Origin: an uncultured delta proteobacterium
GTDB taxonomy: Bacteria > Desulfobacterota > Binatia > Binatales > Binataceae
Reading direction: 5' to 3'
DNA: 64,000 nucleotides
Assembly: GCA_963811865.1 (NCBI GenBank)
Contig: CAWESZ010000001.1
Location: 66,335 to 130,334 of the forward strand
Shown piece by piece: positions 19,404 to 30,814 of the stretch (within the stretch, counting starts at the first letter, position 1; every line of letters begins with the position of its first letter). A model generated the notes under the pieces. It had not been told where the DNA came from and searched no databases. It saw only the letters and a program-made list of their open reading frames with translations. Made by a program: the position numbers and the translations under genes.

Positions 19404-19407
19404 CGCT

Positions 19408-21123
19408 TCAGACCGCCGGGATGCGCCGAATCAGCACGCTGCGGATAAAGCGCGGATCGATCACGCGCTCCGGTTCGAGATCGGCCAGCTCGTCTTCGAG
19501 AATGTTGAGGCACGAATCGACGAAGCCGGAACTGCGCGCGCGCAGCGCCCCGTCGACCCGCGCATCAATCGCATCGGCCACCAGCTTGCGAAACGAATCG
19601 GAGAGCTGCGCGGGACGGCCGTTCTGCGTCATCGTGGCGGCATGCATCGCGTTGAGCCGGTCGGGCTCAATCGGCTCCAGCACCAGCGTGGCGTCGAGCG
19701 CCTGACGCGCGAGCACGGTGAGCAGAATCTGGCTCAGCATCACGTCGTGGCCGGCAATCTGCGAACGGAAGGCCAGCGACCGGATATCGAGTCCGAGCAG
19801 CGCGCGGAAGAATTCGGGGAGCGCGTCGAGCTGCTCGAGCATCGCATAACCCAGATGCAGGTCGCGGATCGCGCGGAAGTCGCGCATCGCGACCGAGCCG
19901 TCGCCGTCGAGTCCGCCGTAGAACTGCGGCATCCGCCCCAGGAAGCCGGCCAGCGCCTCGCGATAGGGCGAATCGAGATACGGAATCTCGCGCGGCCGCG
20001 CCCCAAGTCCGAATGCGGTCACGGTCGCCTCGGCGCGCCCGCGCAGATCGATCGTGAGACTCACGCCGAGCCGGAACAGCAGCTTCAGCGGCGTGTCGCG
20101 CAGGTTCTCGATCGCGACGCTGAGCTCGCCGCCCGCCAGATGCTCCAGTCCGAGGTTGAGCAGATTATGCGTCATCTCGACCGCGACCCGCACCGCGTCG
20201 ATATCGCCGAAATCCACCTGCCGTGCAACCAGCACCTGGTTCGCGACCATCGCCATCTCGCTGCGCAACTCGCGCCTGCCCTGGGCGGCAAACCCGGCGG
20301 TTAGCGCCGCGTTGAACAGCGAGTTGTCGGCCTCGAGCAGCGCGGGTGCAGTCTCGGGCGGCAGCTCGTTGCCGGCCGGGAGTTCGTCGCGCGTCGGCGC
20401 GACGTAGGTCGCGCGGATTTCGCGGAACTGCTGCGGATCCACGTACGCGAATACATCCTGCGCTTCGAAAAAGTCCGGAAAGCCGCGATCGGCGAGCCGC
20501 GCGATGCGATACGTGTAGGCCTGCTCTTCCAGCTCGGCCTCGATCCCCCAGTAAATTTCCTCCATCAGGCTGGCGTAATATTTATAGTCGCGCTCGAATG
20601 CCTCTTCGAGGAAATCCTGAATCAGCGCCAGCGTCGCGTCGTGGCGGATAAACTCGATCAGGTAATGCTCGTCGAACTGGACGAAGGTGTCGAAGGGCAG
20701 GTCGCTCGCTTCGGGCTCGTCGACGCGATGGACCCGCAGATATTGGCGCAGCAGCAGCGCGACCAGCTCGAGGTCGCATTCCATCAGCGCGTCGGTGATG
20801 GGCTTGCGGCCCTCTTCGGCCATCGCCTCCAGCCAGTCGCGCATCCGATCGAGGTTGGGCCGGTCGCGGTCCCAGCAGTCGAGGTCGAACAGCCCCTTCA
20901 CCTGCTCCGGTATCGCGAGGCTCAACAGATCGCCGGCGTCGGCGTGACCAATTTCCTTCAGCGTGTAGAAAAGGGTTTCGGGTGTGAACGATTGCACGAG
21001 GCGCTCGGCCTCGGGCGCAGACAGGATCAGGTCGCGCTTCTGGCGCGCGGGCAGGCCGTAGAGAAACTCGAGCTTCTCCTGGAAGGGGAGATTGAGAAAC
21101 TTTTCCTGTCTGCCGGTACCCAT
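19408..21123 (-). CDS. DUF6178-like conserved hypothetical protein
   Basis: Long codon-biased ORF; FDLDCW..D, ELEEQAY..R..RLAD.GFPD resemble DUF6178. Confidence 0.7.
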   Translation of the reverse strand: MGTGRQEKFLNLPFQEKLEFLYGLPARQKRDLILSAPEAERLVQSFTPETLFYTLKEIGHADAGDLLSLAIPEQVKGLFDLDCWDRDRPNLDRMRDWLEAMAEEGRKPITDALMECDLELVALLLRQYLRVHRVDEPEASDLPFDTFVQFDEHYLIEFIRHDATLALIQDFLEEAFERDYKYYASLMEEIYWGIEAELEEQAYTYRIARLADRGFPDFFEAQDVFAYVDPQQFREIRATYVAPTRDELPAGNELPPETAPALLEADNSLFNAALTAGFAAQGRRELRSEMAMVANQVLVARQVDFGDIDAVRVAVEMTHNLLNLGLEHLAGGELSVAIENLRDTPLKLLFRLGVSLTIDLRGRAEATVTAFGLGARPREIPYLDSPYREALAGFLGRMPQFYGGLDGDGSVAMRDFRAIRDLHLGYAMLEQLDALPEFFRALLGLDIRSLAFRSQIAGHDVMLSQILLTVLARQALDATLVLEPIEPDRLNAMHAATMTQNGRPAQLSDSFRKLVADAIDARVDGALRARSSGFVDSCLNILEDELADLEPERVIDPRFIRSVLIRRIPAV

Positions 21124-21281
21124 ACGTCACTAGCCATTTTGGCGGAAAGTACTCTCCGGCTCCATTCCTGATCAAGCAACGATTCGACAATTCTGATTTT
21201 CAACCCAGCCCCATTTTTCGCTTCGCAGCTTGACGAGACTTCGCCGAGGGCGTAAGCGGCAGGCTGCTTTCCCCGGTTGAC

Positions 21282-22103
21282 TTGGCTTTGGCAAAGCGTC
21301 GCATCCATCACGCGATTCCGGTCGCACTCACGATCGCGGGCAGCGATCCGTCCGGCGGCGCCGGAATCCAGGCCGATCTGAAAACCTTCGCCGCGCATCG
21401 GGTCTACGGCTTCTCGGCGATCACCTGCGTGATCGCGCAGAACAGCGCGCAGGTCGGCAAGATCGCGCCGGTGAGTCCGCCGATGGTCACCGCGCAGATC
21501 GCCGCGGTCGTCGCGCAATACCGCCCCGACGCGATCAAGATCGGAGCGCTCGCGACCGCCCCGATCGTCGAAGCGGTGGCCCGCGCGATTCGCCGACTAC
21601 GGCTGCCCGCGCCGGTGGTCGATCCGGTGATGGTCTCGTCGAGCGGCAAGCGGCTAATCACCAAGTCGGGCGCGGTGGCGCTCCGCGCAAAGCTGATCCC
21701 GCTCGCGCGCATCGTGACGCCCAACCTCCCCGAAGCCGAAGCGCTAAGTGGCATCAGGATCGACGGCCTCGATTCGATGCGCGCCGCGGCCCGCGCGATA
21801 GTCTCAATCGGCGCACACGCGGTAGTGATCAAAGGCGGGCATCTAACCCCGAACGCACCCGCACTCGATCTCTTCTACGACGGCCAGAATTTCATCGAGC
21901 TGAAAGCCGAGCGCATCCCCGGCGGGCACCAAGTTCACGGCACCGGATGCGCCTTCTCCGCAGCGATCGCCGCCTCGCTAGCCCGCGGCGAGTCGCTCGA
22001 AAACTCCGTCCGCCGCGCCAAGGCTTTCGTCACGCGCGCAATCCGCCGCCAAATCACAATCGGCCGCGGCCGCCCAATGCCGGATCATCTGCTCCTGTTC
22101 TGA
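21282..22103 (+). CDS. thiD: Hydroxymethylpyrimidine/phosphomethylpyrimidine kinase
   Basis: [49 protein letters not shown]. Start uncertain. Confidence 0.95.
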   Translation: MALAKRRIHHAIPVALTIAGSDPSGGAGIQADLKTFAAHRVYGFSAITCVIAQNSAQVGKIAPVSPPMVTAQIAAVVAQYRPDAIKIGALATAPIVEAVARAIRRLRLPAPVVDPVMVSSSGKRLITKSGAVALRAKLIPLARIVTPNLPEAEALSGIRIDGLDSMRAAARAIVSIGAHAVVIKGGHLTPNAPALDLFYDGQNFIELKAERIPGGHQVHGTGCAFSAAIAASLARGESLENSVRRAKAFVTRAIRRQITIGRGRPMPDHLLLF

Positions 22104-22126
22104 CCGCCCGGCTTCGGATTTGAGCA

Positions 22127-22186
22127 CCTCTCCCGCTCGGCTGCGGGAGAGGGCGGCGGCTCGGCTACTGCCGAGCCAGGTGAGGG
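22127..22186. repeat. REP-like composite hairpin element downstream of thiD
   Basis: CCTCTCCCGC-N6-GCGGGAGAGG stem, second stem GGCTCGGC-TACT-GCCGAGCC, then GGTGAGGG. Confidence 0.7.
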
Positions 22187-22360
22187 TGCAGCGACTCGAC
22201 CGTGAAAGCTGCATTGCGCCGCGAGTTGGCCGCGGTGGCATGCTCTCTGCCTTTCAGCCGGCTCGACGGTTGACAGCGATCGTGCGTCGGCCTATATCTA
22301 ACCGTCATGCAGGTTAGATGATCGAGGGGCGTGAATTTGCTCCCCCGAAACGGAGGAATC

Positions 22361-22813
22361 ATGAATCTGGAAGGTGGATGCGCGTGCAGAGCTATGCGCT
22401 ACAAATTGACCGCCGGTCCGCTGATCGTTCACGCCTGTCACTGCCGGGACTGTCAACGTCTGACCGGCAGCGCGTTCGTGATCAACATCTGGATCGAGCA
22501 GAAGTTTGTTGAAGCCAGCGCCGTCCCGAAGTCATTCAGGCTGCCCGGCGGCAGCGGGCAACATCACGACGTATTCTTCTGCGACACCTGCGGGACCTAC
22601 CTGTGGAGCCGCTATCACGGTGCGCCCGGCGATGCCTTGTTCGTTCGCGCCGGGACCCTCGATAATCCGGACGCGGTCAGGCCTGATGTTCACATCTTTG
22701 CGAAGAGCAAGCAGCCGTGGCTGAATCTTCCAGAGAATGTGCCGGCGTTCGATTCCTTCTACGCGATCGACAAAATCTGGTCAGCCGAGAGCAAGCAACG
22801 GATAGGCCGGTAA
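22361..22813 (+). CDS. GFA (CENP-V/Mss4-like) family Zn-binding protein
   Basis: EGGCACRAMRY, CHCRDCQR, FCDTCGT, HIFAKSKQPW. Confidence 0.92.
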   Translation: MNLEGGCACRAMRYKLTAGPLIVHACHCRDCQRLTGSAFVINIWIEQKFVEASAVPKSFRLPGGSGQHHDVFFCDTCGTYLWSRYHGAPGDALFVRAGTLDNPDAVRPDVHIFAKSKQPWLNLPENVPAFDSFYAIDKIWSAESKQRIGR

Positions 22814-22828
22814 AGGTGGTTTTATGGC

Positions 22829-23703
22829 TCAGCGGCGTAATCCGGTCAGCAGCACCGCGGACTGCGGAATCGCCACCAGATGGTGCCGCATCGCGATCGC
22901 ACCGAACAGCGTGAGCAGCGCCGCGGCGATGAATGCCCAAGGCTCGTGCGAAATCAGAATCAATCCCAGCGGCGCGATTACGCCGCCGATCAGTCCTGCG
23001 TACCGCGTCGCCAGCTCGGCGCGTGTGAAGCGCGCCGCGAGCGCGTTGCGTATCTCGTAGGTCACCGCCAGCGTCGCGCACAGATCGAACCCGAGCAGCA
23101 TCGCCAGTGCGGCGCGCAGGCTGCGCGCGGCGGGTTGCACTTCGAGCAATCCGGCGGCGGCGAGCGCGAACGCGGTCCCGAGCGTGCCTGCGGAAATCGA
23201 CAACTCCGCGCCCAGCCAGCGCGCGTCCTTCCATCCGGGCTGCGCGGTCGTGCTCAACAGCACGCCCTTGTACGCGGCCGTGACCAGCGCAGCGGCCAGT
23301 CCCAACGCGGCGACCGGCAGGCGTATAGCCGCCGACGCGCGCACGTCGAAAATCTCGCGAGACCACTGCACGAGGGCGAGTGCTGCGAAAGCGTTGGTGC
23401 TCCAGGCACCTAACGACATCGGCGAGCCAGGCTTGAAGACGCGGAGCATATGCAGGAAACGCAGCGGATCGCCGAGATCGAGAATCAGGCAGATCAGGTC
23501 GCACAGCACCAGCGGGAACGCGACGAGATAGCCGGCCCGGATCACGGGCCGATAGGAATCCGGCGCGATCAGATCGCATAGCGCCGCGACCGCGAAAATT
23601 CCGGTCGCGATCGCGTTCAGCGATAAGTCCGCAGTGACCCATCCGTGCCACGGCGGCGCCTTCGTGATTACGCGAGCGGACGCAGCGTCCCGTTATCCGA
23701 CAT
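22829..23703 (-). CDS. nrfD: NrfD/PsrC family membrane anchor of formate dehydrogenase (frameshift near 23670)
   Basis: KAPPWHG, LILDLGDPLRFLHMLRVFKPGSPMSLGAW, YKGVLLSTTAQPGW. Confidence 0.8.
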
Positions 23704-24593
23704 GACTCGCCAGCGCGATTGCGACCGCCGCGATCCACACGATCGCACCCAGCGCGGCGCGCGCGTAGTCGCCGGCGACGTGACGCTGCGGCCTCCCTTG
23801 GCGCGTCGGGCAATCCGTAGCGCGAGGGACGGTCGAGCAGCAGGAAGAACGCGCCCAGCGCCGAGTATTCGCGCGTCGGCCGGTCGCCATACAGGTACGC
23901 GTCGCCTACGCCGCGCCGATGCAACTCCTCGACGCGACTTGCCCCGCGCGCTCGCGCAGTTCCTCGAGCGGCCCGAACTGGATCGATTCAGTCGGGCAGG
24001 CCTTGGCGCACGCGGGCAGTAGGTCGTCGCGCTGGCGGTCGTAGCAGAGCGTGCATTTGTGCGCGTGGCCGTCGTGCGGGCTGCGCGTGATCACGCCGAA
24101 CGGGCACGCCGCGACGCAGTAGCCACATCCGTTGCAGATGTCGTTCTGGATATAGACGTTCGCGAACTCGTTGAAGATCAGCGCGCCGGTCGGACAGACC
24201 GCTTCACACGGCGCGGCGCTGCAATGCTTGCAAACGTCGCTCATCATCAGCCAGCGGCCTTCCTTCGATTGCGCCAGCAGTGCGTCGAGATCGATTGGCG
24301 TTTCCGGAACCGGCACGACCGGCGGCAGTCGCGGCGCTCCCGTCCCGCGCCGGGAACTGCTCGATAAAGACCACGTGCCGCCAGGTGGTCGCGGACAGCG
24401 TCTTCGTATTGTCGTAACTGTTGCCGGTGAACTCGAACCCGTCCGACGGCAACTGGTTCCACTGCTTGCACGCGACTTCGCACGCCTTGCATCCGATACA
24501 CAGCGTCGTGTCGGTGAAGAAGCCCATCGCGGGTTTCGCCGCCGGCGGTTCGGGACGCCTGAACGGATAGAGCAGCTTCGAAATGATGCTCAT
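23693..24593 (-). CDS. fdnH: Formate dehydrogenase Fe-S beta subunit (several frameshifts)
   Basis: FFTDTTLCIGCKACEVACKQWN, DVCKHC..APC..VCPTG, DICNGCGYCVAACPFG, KCTLCYDR..PACAKACPT across frames. Confidence 0.88.
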
Positions 24594-27500
24594 CTGATTT
24601 CCGCTGATCTTCCCGCCGCGCCGCCACAAGCGATCGAGCATCGAGCGCCGTCGCATCTGGCGGCCCTCGGGCTGGGCGCAATGCGGCGTGTCGGGAATCG
24701 GCGCGCTGCCGTACGGTCGCGGCGCCGGCGGCAACGGCTGCGCGCGCCGGATATTTTCGAGGCGTCCCGCGCGGACCTCGCACGTGAACGCCTTGGCTTC
24801 GTGCATGCTCACGTTGGCGTCGGTCTGCAGCGCGATCAGGTCATTGGCGATCGCGCCGACGGTCTCGCCGGCGTAGCCCCAGTGAATCGGGATACCGATC
24901 TGATGGGCCGTGCGGCCGGCGACGATCAGCGGCTTGATCCTGCGCGTCACCATCGCGCGCGCCTCGATCGCGCCGCGCGGCGTGCTCACGACCATCCAGC
25001 CGCGATGCTCGATTCCGCGTTCGGCGGCCAGTTCGGGGCTCAGCTCGACGAACATCTCAGGCTGCAGCTCGTTGAGCCAACTGTTGAAGCGGCTCATCGG
25101 ACCGCTCAGGTAATGCTCCGTCAGCCGATAGGTAGTCGCGACAATCGGGAAGGCCGGATCGCGCGGGATCGCGAGCTGATTGAGCGGCGACGGAAACTCT
25201 CGCAGAGTAGGATTAGTCTGCGTTTTGTAGAGCGCGTTGCTGAACGGCGATTCGCGCGGCTCGTAATGCGCGGGCAGCGGCCCGTCCTTGAGCCCGTTGG
25301 GCGCGAACAGCCAGCCGCGGCCGTCGGGATGCATGATAAACGGCGCGTCGCCGGCCAGCGCGTCCATCCCGCGCGCATCCGGCGCGGGGCGATAACCGGG
25401 CGGCTTGAGCGGATCGAAATCCGGCACGTCGAAACCGGTCCACTGCTTTTCCGCCTCGTCCCACCACAGCAGCTTCTTGCGTTCGGACCACGGACGGCCG
25501 TCCGGATCGGCGGAGGCGCGGTTATACATGACACGCCGGTTCTGCGGCCAGGCGAAGCCCCAATCAGGATACGTCGATCCACGCAGCTCCGGATTGCGCG
25601 CACGCGCCCGATTGAGGTGCTCCTCGGGAAATACGCCGCTGTAGATCCAGCATCCGCACGCGGTTGTTCCGTCATCCTTGAGTTCGGCAAAGCCCTTGAG
25701 CAGCGCGCCATCGACGATGCGCCGCCCGTTGATCTCTTTGAGCACCTTCTCGATATCCGGTTCGTCGGCGATCCGGCTGCTGCGGCCGTCAGGCAAAACC
25801 GTCGGCCCGTCGGCAGCGTAGTCCCAGGTGAGCGCGCGAATCGGGCGGTCGCGCTCGAGCGCGGAGTCCTTGTAGAGCTGTTTGAGCCGCAGCCCGAGAT
25901 GGTAGATGAACCACGCATCGGAGCGGCAATCACCGGGCGGATCGACCGCCTTGTCATGCCATTGCAGGAGCCGTTCGGTGTTGGTGAGCGTGCCGTCCTT
26001 TTCAGCCATCGACGCCGCGGGCAGGAAAAAGACCTCCGTCTTGATCGTACGTGGATCGCTCACGCGCGGATCGGCGTACCAGAAGTTCGCGCTCTCATGC
26101 TCGAACCAGTCGCGCACCACCAGCCAGTCGAGATTACGCAACGCGGCGCGGTTCAGCTCCGCGTTGGGCGCGCCCGCGGCCGGATTCTGCCCGATCAGGA
26201 ATAGTCCCTTGATCGCGCCCTCGTACATCGCAAAGGCTGTGGCAAGTTCTGAGTAATCGCCGTCAACCTTTGGGAGGTAGTCATAGCAATAGTCATTTCC
26301 GGCGTCGGCTGCGTCGCCGTACCAGGCCTTCAGCAAGCTCACGATGAACTTCGGCAGGTTGGCCCAATAGCCCATCGTCGCCAATTCCCGCCAGAAGCCG
26401 GCCGCGCTGCTGCGATTCGCGGCGGCGTAGCCCCGCCCGCTGGCCAGGTAAGCGTGGAGGTCAGCGTGCGCCTCGGCCGCGAGCGGTTGCGTAAGATAAC
26501 CCGGCAGCAAATCGTAGAGGGTGGAGATATCGGTCGATCCCTGGATACTGCAATGACCGCGCATCGCCATGATTCCCCCGCCCGGGCGCCCCATATTGCC
26601 CAGCAGCAACTGGATAATCCCGGCGGCCCGAATCATCTGCACGCCGGTCGAATGCTGGGTCCATCCCAACGCGTAAACGATCGCGGCGGTCCGCTCGCGT
26701 CCGGAGTTGCGGCACAGCAGCTCGGCGACGCGGATGAATTCCTCGGCTTTGCAGCCGCACACCCAGGCCACCAGGTCGGGCGTATAGCGGGCGAAGTGCC
26801 GTTTCAGGAGTTGGAAGACGCAGCGCGGATGCGCGAGCGTGGGATCGGTCGCGATCGCGCCCAAAGCGTCGTCCGTGGCTGCGCGCTCGTAGCCCCAGGC
26901 GCCAGGCTTGGTTTCGTAGCGGCCCGAGGACCTGTCGAAGCCGGCGAATAGCCCGTCGAGTTGTTCGGCGCCGGCGTATTCCTCACTGATTATAGTCGAA
27001 GCATTAGTGTAAGTGAGTACGTAGTCTTTGAACCATCGGTCGTGCTCGATTATATAGTTGATAATGCCGCCCAGAAACGCGATATCCGAGCCCGCGCGAA
27101 TAGGTACGTATACGTCGGCCATCGCGGAGGTGCGGCTGAAGTGCGGATCGACGTGGATCAACGGCGCGCCACGTTCGCGCGCCTTGAGCACCCATCGGAA
27201 GCCCACCGGATGCGCCTCCGCCATGTTCGAGCCCATGATCAGGATGCAATCGCTGTTGGCGAGGTCACGCTGAAAAGTGGTCGCCGCGCCGCGTCCGAAG
27301 GAGGCGCCCAGACCGGGCACCGAGGCGCTGTGTCATATGCGGGCCTGATTCTCGATCGAGAGAATTCCCAGGCCGCCGCTGAAGAGCTTCTTGATGAGAT
27401 AGTTTTCCTCGTCGTCGAGCGTCGCGCCCCCGAGATGCGCGAGGCTCTTCAGATGGTTGACGCGGAGCCCGTTCGGATCGCGCTCGACAAAATCGGCGTC

Positions 27501-27896
27501 GCGCGCCGCTTTCGTCAACTGCGCGATCCGGTCCATCGCCCAGTCCAGCGGCCGCTCCTCCCAATGATCGCTATAGGGCGCGCGATACTTGACGCGCGTC
27601 ACGCGATGGGGATTCGAGACGAGTTGGAAGGTGTTGGCGCCCTTGGGGCAGAGTGTGCCCTGGTTGATCGGGCTTTGCGGATTGCCCTCGATATCGATGA
27701 CCTGGCCGCCTTTGGTGTACACGAGCTGGCTGCATCCCACCGCACAGTACGGGCAGACGCTGACGCTCGCGGTCGCGCCGCGCAGCCGCGAGTGCTTGTT
27801 GACGGTGTCGGGACTGAACGACTTGAGATGTTGCACGAGTCGAAGCGCCTCCCGCGCGTTAGCGAGACGATGGCACTCCGCGAGCGATCGGGGCAA
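24590..27896 (-). CDS. fdnG: Selenocysteine-containing formate dehydrogenase alpha subunit
   Basis: CPYCAVGC...LCPKG; ENQARI-TGA(27333-27335)-HSASVPGLGASFGRGA continues in frame into ORF 24204-27320 (RGHCSIQG, TYRLTEHY). Both ends approximate. Confidence 0.92.
27303..27335 (-). promoter_or_regulatory. Sec UGA codon and bacterial SECIS hairpin
   Basis: UGA, 11 nt, then GGUGCCC-GGUCU-GGGCGCC stem-loop; the GGUCU loop matches the enterobacterial fdh SECIS design. Confidence 0.85.
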
Positions 27897-27908
27897 GATC
27901 AGCCTGCT

Positions 27909-28736
27909 TTGGCGGTCGAGCCGACATCAGAGGTAAGCCGCGTCGTCGCGCACAAGTGGCGCGCCGGATCGATGCGTGCCGAGTCCGCGGCGCTGGCGGT
28001 CGAGGAGCCGCTGGAGATCCGGCTCGGTGGCCGACGCTTTACGGTTACGATGCGCACGCCCGGCCACGACGAGGAACTCGCCGCCGGCTTCCTGCTCGCG
28101 GAGGGCTTCATCGCTTCGCGCGCCGAGCTCGGTGAGATCCGCCGCGTGCGCGGGCGGCGCAGCGCAGATCAGCCCGACAACATCATTGACGTAATACTGG
28201 AAGTGCGCTCGACCGAGCTGCGCGAGCGGCTGAAGCGCAACTTTCTCACCTCGTCGAGTTGCGGCGTTTGCGGCAAGACCAGTATCGAATCGTTGCAGCG
28301 GCGGATCGCTCCGCTTGGAGATTCGCTACGAATTCCGGCGGCGACGCTGCTCAGGCTCGGCCCGCGGATGCGCGAGGCGCAGCTCACCTTCACCGCGACC
28401 GGCGGACTTCACGCCGCCGCCATCTTCGATCGATCCGGGAGTCTGCGCGTAATTCGGGAGGACGTCGGCCGTCACAACGCGGTCGATAAAGTGATCGGCC
28501 GCTGCGTCATGGATGCGACACTGCCACTGGCCGATTCCGTGATGACGGTGAGCGGGCGGGCGAGTTTCGAGATCGTGCAGAAGGCGGCCGCCGCGGGAAT
28601 TCCCGTGCTGGCCGCGGTCTCGGCGCCGTCCTCGCTGGCGGTGGAACTGGCCGAGGAACTTGGCGTGACGCTGATCGGCTTCATGCGTGAGGCGGGATTC
28701 AACGTCTACACGCGCCCCGAGCGTATCAGCGGATAG
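27909..28736 (+). CDS. fdhD: Formate dehydrogenase accessory sulfurtransferase
   Basis: AVEEPLEI, MRTPGHDEELAAGFL, SSCGVCGK, TGGLHAA, EDVGRHNAVDK, SAPSSLA. Start is TTG 27909 or ATG 27972. Confidence 0.95.
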   Translation: MAVEPTSEVSRVVAHKWRAGSMRAESAALAVEEPLEIRLGGRRFTVTMRTPGHDEELAAGFLLAEGFIASRAELGEIRRVRGRRSADQPDNIIDVILEVRSTELRERLKRNFLTSSSCGVCGKTSIESLQRRIAPLGDSLRIPAATLLRLGPRMREAQLTFTATGGLHAAAIFDRSGSLRVIREDVGRHNAVDKVIGRCVMDATLPLADSVMTVSGRASFEIVQKAAAAGIPVLAAVSAPSSLAVELAEELGVTLIGFMREAGFNVYTRPERISG

Positions 28737-28776
28737 CGATGGGCCGGCTGCTCGCCTTTGGCCCGGTCCTGCATAA

Positions 28777-30111
28777 TCACATCCCGAGGCTAACCGGCGA
28801 CAGCGGATTGGCGGCGGTTATTGGGCTGCCGTTGGCAAGCGAGGAATAGTTATTGCCGATCGTGGCGTTGCCCGTGAAATCAATAGTGTATGCGACCAGT
28901 ATCGTGTAGGTGCTGGACGAATTCCCGGTGTACTCGATCTCAGTGGTCGGAAAGTAGAGCGTGCCCTCATACAGCGACGACGCATTGCCGGTCAGGTTGT
29001 TTGGGTTGGCCGAAGCTGTGGCGCTCGAGATGGTCCGGTCCTGGAAAAACAGGATGCCGGCGTACGTGCCCGAGGTCGGCGCAGAAAGCGTGGTCTGATC
29101 GTTGCCCGTTATGGTAACGCCCTTGTAGGTCGAAGAGGTCCCGGTCAGGTAGATAAAGACGCCGGCGCCTGTAATCGTGGAATTGCCGGTCACACTGATC
29201 CCCCCGCCGTTGATAATGTAGGTTCCGGGATTGAGGGTCAGATTGACGTTGCCGACGAGCGTGATGCCCCCGCAATAGACGCCCTGGCTGATCGTCAGGT
29301 TCAGGTTGCCGGTCTGCGAGTAGTTTGTGTACGTGCAACTGCCGACGCTGGGCTCCGGCAACGAGGCGAGCGGGTCGCTCACCGAGGACATTCCGGTGAT
29401 CGGGGTGGGGCTAACGTTGATGTTGCCGGTAAAGCTATAGTTCCCAACGACGCCGATCTGAGTGCCCGTTGCCGTGATATTCCCGGTGGCCGAAAACGCG
29501 GAAGAACTGCTGGAGTTGTCGAGCATCCCGCAGGCGGTGCTGATGGTCTGATTGCCCACGATCTGGATCGCGCCTGAGGCCGAGGGGTTCAGAGCATAGA
29601 TGCAGGCCGGCTGGCCCGAGGGCGAGGCGGTCGCACTGGCCGTGACGGTCACGGTTTTGATTCCGACGGCCGCCAGCAGGAAACTCGGCTGCGTCTGCTT
29701 GATGTCCACCTCGACTGCGCCGGCGGTGTTTTGAAAGGGACCGCTCGCGGGCGCGCCAATCGTCACGGTCGTGGTTACGTTGCCGACCGTGCCGGCCGTA
29801 AAACCGTTGGTGGTCGCGTCGGCCTGGGCCGCCGCGACCTCATCGGAGGAGTTACCCGACGACAACTCTTTGGCGGCCGCTATGGCCGCCGCATCGGCTG
29901 CGGTCTGCATCTGGCGCTTGAGACTTTCGAAAAACCCGACGTCGATCACCAGCGCGGCGAATCCCATGATGCTGGTCATCATCAGGGCGACCAGGATGAG
30001 CGATTGCCCCGATCGACCGGAGCGTCGACCGATCCGGCTGTCGGCAAAAGACCTCGCCGCACGGCTGCGCGGCGCCCGGGTGGCCACGCGTTTGCCAGCG
30101 CCAATGTGCAT
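28777..30111 (-). CDS. tadG: TadG-like pilus-associated protein (Tad N-terminus plus TGN-repeat beta-rich domain), copy 2
   Basis: Prepilin-like GQSLILVAL..., IDVG...QTAADAAAIAAA; CIYAL, PGTY, AGILFFQDR, GTLYFP. Confidence 0.8.
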   Translation of the reverse strand: MHIGAGKRVATRAPRSRAARSFADSRIGRRSGRSGQSLILVALMMTSIMGFAALVIDVGFFESLKRQMQTAADAAAIAAAKELSSGNSSDEVAAAQADATTNGFTAGTVGNVTTTVTIGAPASGPFQNTAGAVEVDIKQTQPSFLLAAVGIKTVTVTASATASPSGQPACIYALNPSASGAIQIVGNQTISTACGMLDNSSSSSAFSATGNITATGTQIGVVGNYSFTGNINVSPTPITGMSSVSDPLASLPEPSVGSCTYTNYSQTGNLNLTISQGVYCGGITLVGNVNLTLNPGTYIINGGGISVTGNSTITGAGVFIYLTGTSSTYKGVTITGNDQTTLSAPTSGTYAGILFFQDRTISSATASANPNNLTGNASSLYEGTLYFPTTEIEYTGNSSSTYTILVAYTIDFTGNATIGNNYSSLANGSPITAANPLSPVSLGM

Positions 30112-30181
30112 TGTCCCATCCCGGGAAGAGGACCACGCGCTAAAGTGCGTGCGCTCTCCCGCGTCCCATCGTGATAAACCA

Positions 30182-30210
30182 CAGGTAGACTTAACCTACA
30201 ACGTGGTCAA
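30182..30210 (-). promoter_or_regulatory. Promoter TTGACC-N17-TACCTG with palindrome GTAG-N7-CTAC
   Basis: Same geometry as 32753-32781. Confidence 0.55.
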
Positions 30211-30363
30211 CAGAGGGTGACACGCCTGCGCGGCAGAGGTGCGCAGGAGCCAAATGGACTTGATTGTGCTCTTCAGCGGCGGGCTGGGACAGGCCGGGCT
30301 CAGGCGCGGCGCGGGCCGCAATCCGTAAGCGTATCCCGCGCGCTTAAGGCGGTCGCTCCAACG

Positions 30364-30810
30364 TCAGCGATCGATGACCATCTGCGAGGTGCTGCTCATC
30401 GTGATCGGACTGGGACTGATGATAGGCATCACGAAGGTGAACAGGTATTGGACCTGGACCTTGACCGTGCTGCCGGGGGTGTTGTTGGGACTCCAGGTGG
30501 GAGTGACCGTCACAGTGCCTGTCAAGCCCGTCGCGATACCGGTAATGGTGCTGGTCAGCGCGGAGTAATTACTGGAGCTGACCGGACTGGAGCTGGTGCT
30601 GCCATGGACCGCCGCGTAGCGGGTCCCGACGCGCGCCGCGTAACAGACCCAATTATACGCGTACACCGCGGTCGACATATTGATGATCCCGAACAGCAGC
30701 AGGAGCATCGCGACCATTTGGATCGCGGAATCGAGCATGGCCTGACCTGACTGGCCGGCCCGCCCGCGCCGCCCTGCCGCCGGCGTTCGGTTCTGGATCC
30801 TGGAGCGCAC
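30364..30810 (-). CDS. tadE: TadE-like pseudopilin
   Basis: SGQAMLDSAI...LLFGII...AARVGTRYAAVHG. Confidence 0.82.
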   Translation of the reverse strand: MRSRIQNRTPAAGRRGRAGQSGQAMLDSAIQMVAMLLLLFGIINMSTAVYAYNWVCYAARVGTRYAAVHGSTSSSPVSSSNYSALTSTITGIATGLTGTVTVTPTWSPNNTPGSTVKVQVQYLFTFVMPIISPSPITMSSTSQMVIDR

Positions 30811-30814
30811 GCCG

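Noticed and set aside
21130-21300. TPP riboswitch upstream of thiD
   Set aside because: The CTGAGA...ACCTGA core was not found.
27333-27335. Premature stop / fdnG pseudogene
   Set aside because: In-frame UGA at the catalytic Cys/Sec position with a SECIS hairpin; selenocysteine is the better reading.
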